Assembly (NCBI GenBank): GCA_963705255.1
Contig: OY970061.1
Coordinates: 1-64,000 of the forward strand
Length of the DNA stretch: 64,000 nucleotides
Source of the DNA: an uncultured Methanoregulaceae archaeon
GTDB taxonomy: Archaea; Halobacteriota; Methanomicrobia; Methanomicrobiales; Methanospirillaceae
Direction: 5' to 3'
Below, one piece after another: positions 1-10,859 of the stretch. Made by a program: the position numbers and the translations under genes. The first letter of the stretch is position 1. Each line of letters opens with the position of its first letter. The notes beneath the pieces are model-generated. The model was not told the DNA's origin. It did no database searches and worked only from the letters and a program-made list of their open reading frames with translations.

Positions 1-675
1 TAGTGTAAACCGGCGCGAGCGAGCTTTGGCCCGGGAAATTTTCCGGCTGCCGGAAAATAATCCGCTGAATTGCCGGGCCGGGTTCTGCGGAGGATGGCCG
101 TGATTGCTCCGGTAACGGCTGCGTGCGTGCGGGGCGGGGCCGGGCTTGTGGTGAGTGAGCGGACCTTGGGACCGGATTGGTACCGAGGCCGTCGTCAGGC
201 GCCGGTGCCAGGGCACTGATGACTGGTCGTTAACGGAGGGGGTCATCTGGATAACACTCGGGAGGGTCTATCCGGGCACGTATCGGGCTCCGATTGCCCT
301 CCGGAGATGGTGTTCCGGCGAATTTCGTGCAAAACTGGGGTAATTAAGTACACGGGTTTCCGGGGCAGCGTTTTACTGCGGATTTTGGGCTATCCGGGCG
401 GGATGCGAGGTGATTTCTGTACAATAATAGACAATAACCAGAGGCAAAAGTCCGATCCGGTCGTGGTGCTATAAGGCCAAATGAAAGGAAGGGCCTTTTA
501 GGAGGTCGGGGATCTCCGGCGGGTGCGGCGGGGCGGGGCCGGGTTGGTACGGATTGGGCGGACCCAGGCGTCTCTTTAAATTGCACCGGAAAAATAAGAT
601 TTTCTTCACGACTAGTTTACCGCTGTCACAATCAGATTTCTTGATTTTTCGAGAAAAATATATTAAATGTAAGAA

Positions 676-704
676 AGGTATATTATAGGTATAAAAAAGG
701 TATA
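676..704 (+). promoter_or_regulatory. Three AGGTATA direct repeats at 11-bp spacing overlapping a BRE/TATA-like promoter; putative operator
   Basis: AGGTATA at 676-682, 687-693 and 698-704; AAAAAAGGTATAT resembles BRE+TATA, about 35 nt upstream of ATG 737. Confidence 0.55.
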
Positions 705-736
705 TGATCAAATTCACTTTCACAGAGTGCACTCTG

Positions 737-919
737 ATGGTTAAAATCACAAAAGTAAACAATCAGTATCGTGTCAACATACCGAAAGAGATCATGCAAC
801 AAACGGGATGGGATGAAAACACAGAATTAATATTCATGCCATATATCAAAGATCCAGATGATATCGTAACTTCAGGGACAACAATCTTGATGAAAAAAAT
901 ACCAGATGGGAAAAAATGA
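737..919 (+). CDS. AbrB/MazE/SpoVT-family DNA-binding protein
   Basis: VKITKVNNQYRVNIPKEIMQQTGW matches the swapped-hairpin pattern; the stop overlaps the next ATG (ATGA). Confidence 0.75.
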   Translation: MVKITKVNNQYRVNIPKEIMQQTGWDENTELIFMPYIKDPDDIVTSGTTILMKKIPDGKK

Positions 920-1471
920 GCGAAAAGAACACTTCACCTGAGACTGAAGAGGAGATCAGAAAAAAAATAATATCTGTCTTACTTGGAAGTGCAAACAAAC
1001 CAATCAACAGCAAAATAAATTTCCAAAAAGAACTTTTTTTGGTTACTCAATCATTCCCAAAATTCAGTTCACTCTTTAATTTCATGCCTCACAAATTCGG
1101 CCCCTATTCAAATTCAGTCTGAATTTACTATTGAGAATTATCCGGAATTTTTTGATTCGGGAAGACCTGGAGTAAAATTAACTCCCGCAGGAGAATGCTA
1201 TTATCAATTGGTACTAGAACAAATGCAACCCGAAAATCGCACTTCTCTTGAAAGAATAATAAAAAATATCCGCTCTCTTTATGACGATCTTTCTGATAAT
1301 GAGTTTATGTTCTTAATCTACAAAACTTATGGTTACACTGAAAAGTCGGATGTTTTTAATAAATTAATGAAAAAAAGAAAGAGATTGGCAACCAGTCTCT
1401 TACATAAAGGAATAATTACCCATCAACGTTATGAAGAATTGATTGTCGAGGACAATGAAGTTACTGCCTGA
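916..1471 (+). CDS. SocA/Panacea (DUF4065)-like winged-helix antitoxin-type protein, split by a 1-nt insertion near 1118
   Basis: KINFQKELFL...FNFMPHKFGPYS motif; removing t1118 gives a continuous frame (SAEFTIENYPEFFDSGRPGVKLTPAGECYYQLVLEQM) joining ORFs 916-1122 and 1208-1471. Confidence 0.6.
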
Positions 1472-2000
1472 TTCTTCGTTTTTTATATGTTTTCTAGGCG
1501 ATTTAAATGAAATTTTAGAGGAGCCGATCAGGTTAAGCTATTTGAACAAATTTTTAGATTCTTTTTCTGTTGAAATTGTACCAAAAGTCTACGATGAAAT
1601 CAATAAACGAAGCAGCAGTAAACCGATAGAAAATAAAATTATTCGACTTATGAATATCCCCTTAATGGAGAAAAACGATCCAATATTAGGTTATTTACGG
1701 CCATTGTTGGGTAAAGGCGAATATGAAGTAATCACATTTTCATTCTTCTATTACAAGAATAACGAAACGAGTTTCTTGTGTGTACTTGATGATGAGGTTG
1801 CAAGAAAAATCGTAACAAAATGCATCATCGAGATAAAACCGAATTTAATAGGAACTGTCGGTCTTATCGGATTTTGCTCATCAAACATTCAATTATTTGA
1901 TCCTGCTGATGCCATAACCTTATTAGAGAAGATAAAAGAAAGTAATTTTAGAATTAATCCGACGATCGTTGACGGAATCATTCAGAAATTAAAAATCTGA
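1455..2000 (+). CDS. PIN-domain ribonuclease (DUF3368-like)
   Basis: PIN acidic motifs LLPDSSFFI, VPKVYDEI, LGKGEYEVI, VLDDEVARK and IGTVGLI. Confidence 0.8.
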   Translation: MKLLPDSSFFICFLGDLNEILEEPIRLSYLNKFLDSFSVEIVPKVYDEINKRSSSKPIENKIIRLMNIPLMEKNDPILGYLRPLLGKGEYEVITFSFFYYKNNETSFLCVLDDEVARKIVTKCIIEIKPNLIGTVGLIGFCSSNIQLFDPADAITLLEKIKESNFRINPTIVDGIIQKLKI

Positions 2001-2012
2001 GCTGGCCCTAGT

Positions 2013-3224
2013 ATGACAAAAATTGATATCTTGAAGGTTGAAGAACAATCAGATTCTCTCCTAACACCCAAACGGTTCAAAATTGGAGACGATACAATTG
2101 AAACTCCATTCAAACCGATAGATTTTAACGATTCTCCAGGAATTAACACGTTAAGAAATATTCATCTGGAACATCTCGAAGAAAATCCTCTCATTGAAAG
2201 AAGCAGATTTGTGGGTTTAGAAACATATGAAAATGCCATTAATGACAGTACTGTAGGTTATTTGAAAGAATCTTATCAATATTTAAGAAATATTCCAATT
2301 TTTAAAGAAAAAATTTTACTAAACACTATCACTTTCACGTTTAATCCATTTTCTATTGAAAAATCCTGTGATAAATTAAGCAGTTTTTTAAGCATTTATT
2401 ATGACAGAAGCGACTTTCTATTCATACCCAATGTCAAAATTATGGCGTATGAGGGTAAAAAGAAAATTCAAATAATGAACCCTGAAGAATACATTGACTA
2501 TGTTGATAGTTCATACGAAAATTTGAGTTTTAAAAACAAAAAACCAATTTTTGTCCCGATCTCTTTGAAACTTGGTGTTTTAAAATGCCAGGACATGTTT
2601 AAAACTTTTTTAGACATGGGTTATAGAAAATTTTGGTTCGATTTTGAAGGATCAGGATCGATGCATTATGCCCCAAACATCCGAAGATTTCATGAAATTA
2701 TTGACAAACCCGGTTTGATTGACGAGGTTATTTTTTATGCCACAAATATCCGGAGAGAAAAAAATCCCCACCCTCCTGATGACTCATGCGGAGCTTCCGA
2801 TATCCTATCCGCACCACTGGGGGTAGATTTTATTGGTGTAAATAGAAGCCCTAAAAGAGGAGGACCTGGAGGAACACCGCAACCTCCAAATGTATCCGTT
2901 GAGCATAGGGCACGATTCTTTGATAGATCCAACTATAATTACGTGAAATACTGCAAGGCTAAAAACAAGAATGAGATTTATTCTGAATATCAAATTACAG
3001 ATAATTTGATCTGGAATCATCCTAAATTTTTATCAAATTATGCCAATTCATTTGGATTGAATAAAGAATTTGAAATCCAGAGGGATATTGTAAGATCAGA
3101 AGAATCAGTGATTCAGTACTTAGGGCAAAAAGAAGCAGTTCAACCCGAAGACTTGAAGCAGTTTGCAAAAATTATTTCGGGAAAATCTAAACCAGAAAAT
3201 GCGAGTTTAGATGATTGGATGTAA
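2013..3224 (+). CDS. Hypothetical protein, probably a divergent tRNA-guanine transglycosylase-like TIM barrel, with a C-terminal PIP-like motif
   Basis: 403-aa AT-rich ORF; N-terminal FKIGDDTIETPF and LGVDFIG resemble TGT motifs; ends NASLDDWM. Confidence 0.5.
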   Translation: MTKIDILKVEEQSDSLLTPKRFKIGDDTIETPFKPIDFNDSPGINTLRNIHLEHLEENPLIERSRFVGLETYENAINDSTVGYLKESYQYLRNIPIFKEKILLNTITFTFNPFSIEKSCDKLSSFLSIYYDRSDFLFIPNVKIMAYEGKKKIQIMNPEEYIDYVDSSYENLSFKNKKPIFVPISLKLGVLKCQDMFKTFLDMGYRKFWFDFEGSGSMHYAPNIRRFHEIIDKPGLIDEVIFYATNIRREKNPHPPDDSCGASDILSAPLGVDFIGVNRSPKRGGPGGTPQPPNVSVEHRARFFDRSNYNYVKYCKAKNKNEIYSEYQITDNLIWNHPKFLSNYANSFGLNKEFEIQRDIVRSEESVIQYLGQKEAVQPEDLKQFAKIISGKSKPENASLDDWM

Positions 3225-3226
3225 TC

Positions 3227-3245
3227 GTTTTTTTCATTTTTCTTC
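3227..3245 (+). terminator. Oligo-T archaeal terminator
   Basis: T-rich tract immediately after the stop at 3224. Confidence 0.45.
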
Positions 3246-3347
3246 GTAAAAAAATTAACGAATACTAAAGGGAACCCCCCCATTCACTTTCACTTACCCC
3301 ATCCTTCACATCTTTAATACCCCACGCCAAACTGTCTCAGCACAAGA

Positions 3348-6156
<2,809 letters not shown>

Positions 6157-6189
6157 TAAAGTCTTCATAATTTTTTTCAAAGAAATCTG

Positions 6190-6400
6190 GATTAAAATGA
6201 GGTCTCCCCGCCTCAGGGCCTCTCCGAGGCACGGCGGGGCGAGTTCGGTTTCATCTAATGCGAAAATTATTTTTCAACCTTCATTGATCCGCCGCGGGGG
6301 CGTCCCGGTGGGGACAGCCGCAGGCTGTGGAGAAAACATAAGTCTTCGACTGCGGCGGCGTTCATCGCAAATCTTCGACTCTGAGGATTTCAACAGAGTT
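6190..6400 (+). mobile_element. MITE-like repeat, family B copy 1
   Basis: Shares CTCCCCGCCTCAGGGCCTCTCCGAGG and CGCCGCGGGGGCG blocks (reverse complement) with 16255-16530, and the latter block with 24855-25200; right end GATTTCAACAGAGTT resembles the family A TIR; left boundary approximate. Confidence 0.6.
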
Positions 6401-6407
6401 TAAAATA

Positions 6408-6605
6408 TCATCGCATCCCGGTATCTTCCGGTTGCCCCTCTTTCTGCCCGTGCCGGATGGTGAGCAGGAGGATGAATATCCCGATTGCAATTATTGCGTA
6501 TCCCTGCGGCTCATCTCCGTAAGGGGGAGTTAATACGACCCAGATGCCATCAGCGATCACAAAGAGACCGATAATGCACCCTTCAACCAGCAGACTCGTG
6601 ACCAT
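6408..6605 (-). CDS. Small two-TM membrane protein
   Basis: 65 aa with two hydrophobic segments; ATG start with an AT-rich promoter-like region upstream. Confidence 0.65.
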   Translation of the reverse strand: MVTSLLVEGCIIGLFVIADGIWVVLTPPYGDEPQGYAIIAIGIFILLLTIRHGQKEGQPEDTGMR

Positions 6606-6821
6606 GGCAGCGTACCCTTTGTATACTTGGATGCGCTGCGGAATTTAAAATAGAGCATTGGTTGTTCTCCCGGGACAGGATATCTTCTATCAGTTTGTTT
6701 CTCTCAGGGCCGGGAACCCGGTCAACCCTTCCGGCCTGCGCCTGAAAAAAAATTCTCCGGAAAACCCGTTACCCTATCCCCATTCCTTATGAGCTTGGAC
6801 AGAAAGACGCTACTCTGCGAA

Positions 6822-8420
6822 ATGTTCGATACTGCTACCCTCCCCAACGACCCCGGCTGTTATCTTTTTTTTGACAAAGGAGAGACGGTCATCTACGTGG
6901 GAAAAGCAAAAAACCTCAGGAAACGGGTGAGCAGTTACTTCCAGAAGAAAGACCATGACGTAAAGACCCGGAGCCTCGTCTCAGGTATCGCCCGAGTCAG
7001 CGTCATGGTGACCAACACCGAGACCGAAGCGCTCCTGCTCGAGAACAACCTTATCAAAAAACACCAGCCGAAGTACAACATCGATCTCAAGGATGCCAAA
7101 CGATATGCCTATATCGAGCTGACAACCGAGCAGTTCCCTCGGATCGGGATTGCACGGCGCACGGCCAAAGGGGAAGCCTCGTATTTTGGTCCGTTCGTTT
7201 CTGCGGCGGAGCGTGACGCCCTCATCCGGGTGATCAAACGGGTCTTCCTCCTGCGTTCCTGCAGGAAACTGCCGAAACGCGCCTGTCTCCGGCGCCACAT
7301 GCACACCTGCAGCGCTCCCTGCATCGGTTCAATCAGCGAGGAAGACTACCGAAAACACGTAGACCGGGCCGCAGCTCTTCTGAAAGGAAAGAGTCATGAT
7401 CTCCTCGTCTCGCTGCGTGAAGAGATGGCCGGATATGCCGCACAGGGGGATTACGAGAAAGCCCTTGTACTCCGGAACCAGATGACCGCGATCGCGCATC
7501 TCGCCGAACGCCAGCATGTCGAAAGGCCAAAGGAGACCGACCAGGACGTTATTGCCTATGCTGTGTCCGATGAAACAGTATACCTGATGGTTTTTTCGGT
7601 GGAGAAGGGCCTGCTTGCCGGCAAACAGGAGTTTTCGTTTGCCAACCGGGAAGATTTTTTCGAGGAGTTCCTCGTCCAGGTACTATGCTGAACGGACCCC
7701 GCCGTCGGAACTCATCGTCCCGCTGGAAGTGGGTGAAGCCATGGCCGAATACCTTGCCGAACGCAAGGGAAGGGCTGTCCAGGTCTCAGGTACCCGATGA
7801 TAGGAGAGAAGAAAAAACTCCTCGAACTTGTGGAGAAGAACATCGAGTACTCGTTCCTGAAAAATGAGCTGAAGGTAAAAGACCTGCAGGCAAACCTCGG
7901 TCTCCCCGGGGCCCCGGAAGTGATCGAATGCTTCGATATCTCGCACCTCTCCGGTACTGCGATGGTCGGGTCGATGGTCCAGTTCCGCAACGGTGTACCG
8001 GACAAGAAGAATTACCGCAGGTTCAGGATAAAGACGGTGGAGGGAATCGATGATTTCGCCTCGATTGCGGAGATTGTCAGACGGAGGTACGACCGTCTCA
8101 TCAAGGAGGACGCCGAGATGCCGGACCTCATTATTATCGACGGGGGGAAAGGTCAGCTCTCATCTGCCCGGAGTTCTCTCAGGGACCTCGATCTCACCAT
8201 CCCGGTGATTGCTATTGCAAAACGGGAAGAGGAGATCTTCATGCCCGGAGAGATGCTGCCACGACGGCTGGATGAAAAGGGGATGGCCCTCCGTTACGTC
8301 CAGGAGATCCGGAACGAGGCCCACCGCTTCGCCATCGCCTATAACCGTCTCCTGCGGAAAAAAACGGTTGTAAGCGATGGAACGCGATCGAAAAAGTCCG
8401 AAAAGAAGTCCGGCGGATAG
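6822..8420 (+). CDS. uvrC: Excinuclease ABC subunit C, with frameshifts near 7680 and 7790
   Basis: GIY-YIG domain (PGCYLF..VIYVGKAKNLRKRV), UVR domain and RNase H-like domain (IECFDISH, DLIIIDGGKGQ, RNEAHRFA) across three frames. Confidence 0.93.
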
Positions 8421-8556
8421 TATCGGAAGAACGGGAAACAATCTGCGTCCTGACGGTCTCATCAGCCGGCTGAAAAAAGATGTATCACAAAATGCTGACG
8501 GGTTGACTGGATACGTGCTGGTATTGCAGAGCCAAAAATTTCAGATATCCTCCGGT

Positions 8557-8946
8557 TCAGACGTCCTTGTCAACGAGGACCTTCCGGGTGCCGTCAGAGA
8601 AATACCCCGTGATAACCACATGGTTTTTCCCGGAATACTGCCCGGTAAATGTCTGGGAGCTGGGGGCCTTCAGCACCGTCACGGTCTCCCGTGATCCGAT
8701 CGACTGTGTCCGGTTCCTCCCCTGGCTGTCAGTTACGGTAATCTCCATCTCGAGGAGTTTATCCATCCCGGGTCCGCCGACAAAAGCGACCAGGATGTGG
8801 AAGTTGTCGGGTTTCGTTACGGTTATTGCCGGATTGTTCTGGCCTGCCAGTTGTGTACATCCGCAGATGCAGGAAACAAGCAACAACGCTGTTACAAAAA
8901 GAACCGCATAATATTTTTCCAAACGAACGGATGACCGCAATTTCAT
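8557..8946 (-). CDS. Predicted secreted lipoprotein
   Basis: Signal peptide with lipobox-like ICGC; beta-rich mature domain. Confidence 0.65.
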   Translation of the reverse strand: MKLRSSVRLEKYYAVLFVTALLLVSCICGCTQLAGQNNPAITVTKPDNFHILVAFVGGPGMDKLLEMEITVTDSQGRNRTQSIGSRETVTVLKAPSSQTFTGQYSGKNHVVITGYFSDGTRKVLVDKDV

Positions 8947-9149
8947 ATAGTTACCATTTGGTCAGGATTTTTTATTAAAATTGCTGCCTGCATCTCATGG
9001 ACGAATGATCCCCGGGCGTGTCCCGGATTGAACGGGACGATGACCGGGGGCGATCAACCGAACGGTGAGCATCGAAAGGAAGCATCATCGTGTTTTTTAT
9101 CCTGCTACAGATGAATCGATGGGATGTTGTAAAAAAGAGAAACTGAATC

Positions 9150-10052
9150 CTAATAACCCCCGCCCCCGCCGCTCATGCCCATATTCGGTGTTGGTGTCGG
9201 TGTCGTGGTCTGGGTGGGTACGATTGCCGGGGCGGGTGGCGGAGGCACGTAACCGGTGATATTTGCAACGTGCCAGAGGTTGTTGTAACCGTTGCCCGTC
9301 ATATCCCCGGGAATCTTATCCCCGGAGAAATAGTAGAGCGGCATGCCCATGTACAATGACTGGTTCATGCCATCAGTCCGGTTCCCCGTGCTGAAATCGG
9401 ATGGTTTGAGTAGAGACGGCGCGACAAGCGGGGCTGTGGCGAATGCGGGCCATTTCGCAATGCAGGCTCCTGTACAGGAGGATACCCCGGGAGAGTCCTT
9501 GGAAAAGAAGTACAGCGTTCTGCCGGTCCCATCGGTCAGGAACGTTCCCGCGCCCGGCTGCTGGGAGACCATGACGGTATAGTCCGGCTTTGCAACAAAC
9601 CAGTTCCCGGTAAACCCGTCGCCTTTCATATCGCCGGGCTGCGCATCGGCCGCGTAATAGTAAAGCGGCCATCCCTTATAGCTGGTCTGGGCAGTCCCGT
9701 CGCTGCGTGTTATCGACGAGAAATCAGCCCGGGCAAGCGGCGGGGAGACGACAACCTGATTCACCGAGAAGACAGGCCAGATCGCTGCACATGCGCCGGA
9801 ACAGGCACTCGTCCCGTTTCCGGGAATGTCCCTGGCAAAGAAATAGAGCGTCATGCCTTTTGCATCGGTGAGCACGGTCCCGAGTGACGAACTTGTCACC
9901 ATGACGGTGTTCGACGACTGCATCTGCCCGGTCGTCATTGCCGGCTGGGCTGTCGGTTGTCCTGTCTGCTGGCTCTGCTGTTGGGCACATCCGGCGATGA
10001 GGAGTGCTGCTGCAATAACCAAGATTAAAACGAGATATCCCTGACTTCGCAT
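9150..10052 (-). CDS. Lipoprotein with Y-x4-D secreted repeats (COG4315-like)
   Basis: Lipobox IAGC; repeated GxTLYFF.kD, CxGACxxxWP and PLYY..D..PGD.xG motifs. Confidence 0.85.
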   Translation of the reverse strand: MRSQGYLVLILVIAAALLIAGCAQQQSQQTGQPTAQPAMTTGQMQSSNTVMVTSSSLGTVLTDAKGMTLYFFARDIPGNGTSACSGACAAIWPVFSVNQVVVSPPLARADFSSITRSDGTAQTSYKGWPLYYYAADAQPGDMKGDGFTGNWFVAKPDYTVMVSQQPGAGTFLTDGTGRTLYFFSKDSPGVSSCTGACIAKWPAFATAPLVAPSLLKPSDFSTGNRTDGMNQSLYMGMPLYYFSGDKIPGDMTGNGYNNLWHVANITGYVPPPPAPAIVPTQTTTPTPTPNMGMSGGGGGY

Positions 10053-10324
10053 ACGATCACCCTGGTGATGATGAGGACATCCTTTGGCACTCTATTTATG
10101 TATTCAGCCAGTTTCTATTTGATGAAACAAGGACTGTAACATCTCCCTCTCTCCATTATCACGAAAATATCGCCCGGTCCTATTCCTGACAGCACGGGGA
10201 AGGTACCCGTAGCATGTCCGGAACGGGAGAACCATATGCCGGAACATCTGCTGTCCAATCTTTCCGATCTCCAAATGTACCCTTATCACCAGGTTTATTG
10301 CGATCCCCGTAACAGTCTTTCCCC

Positions 10325-10738
10325 ATGGCACTCAGGGAACAGATCCTGGAAGTTATGGGTGGTCCCCACCCGGCGGCTGTTGCAACAGTGGCCGGCAAGC
10401 TGCCCGCAGTCCGGTTCATGGTACTGAACGGGTTTCCCGATATGACCCTTGTCGGGGGTACCCTGAAAAGTTCGAAGAAAGTGGCACAGCTCAAAAAGGA
10501 CCCGAACGCAGCGATTGCGATCTGGTCCGGTAAGGAATTCTCAGATCCTTATGTGGGGATCCAGGCAAAGGGGGACGTCCACGGAGATATCCAGACAAAG
10601 AAGAAATACTGGAATCCGATGTTCGAGCAATATTTCAAGACCGTGGACAATCCCGATTTCGTGGTCCTGGTTTTCACTGCGAGAGAGATCGTGTATCATG
10701 GCCGGAACATGCTGACCGAAGAGGTCTGGAAGAGATAA
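10325..10738 (+). CDS. Pyridoxamine 5'-phosphate oxidase-family (general stress protein 26-like) protein
   Basis: AVATV..KLPAVRFM, KSSKKVAQLKKDPNA and YF..DNPDFVVL patterns. Confidence 0.8.
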   Translation: MALREQILEVMGGPHPAAVATVAGKLPAVRFMVLNGFPDMTLVGGTLKSSKKVAQLKKDPNAAIAIWSGKEFSDPYVGIQAKGDVHGDIQTKKKYWNPMFEQYFKTVDNPDFVVLVFTAREIVYHGRNMLTEEVWKR

Positions 10739-10859
10739 TTTCCTTTTTTCTGCTGGCGTTTTTGCAGGTAAACCATCTGAATACCTCAGGATATTTTATT
10801 TTTCAGGGCCGGCATACCGATACGATACCTATTTTGTACTTCCCGCGAAACCAGTAATC

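Noticed and set aside
1120-1122. Recoded TGA in the SocA-like gene
   Set aside because: The downstream part is in a different frame; a 1-nt insertion explains it
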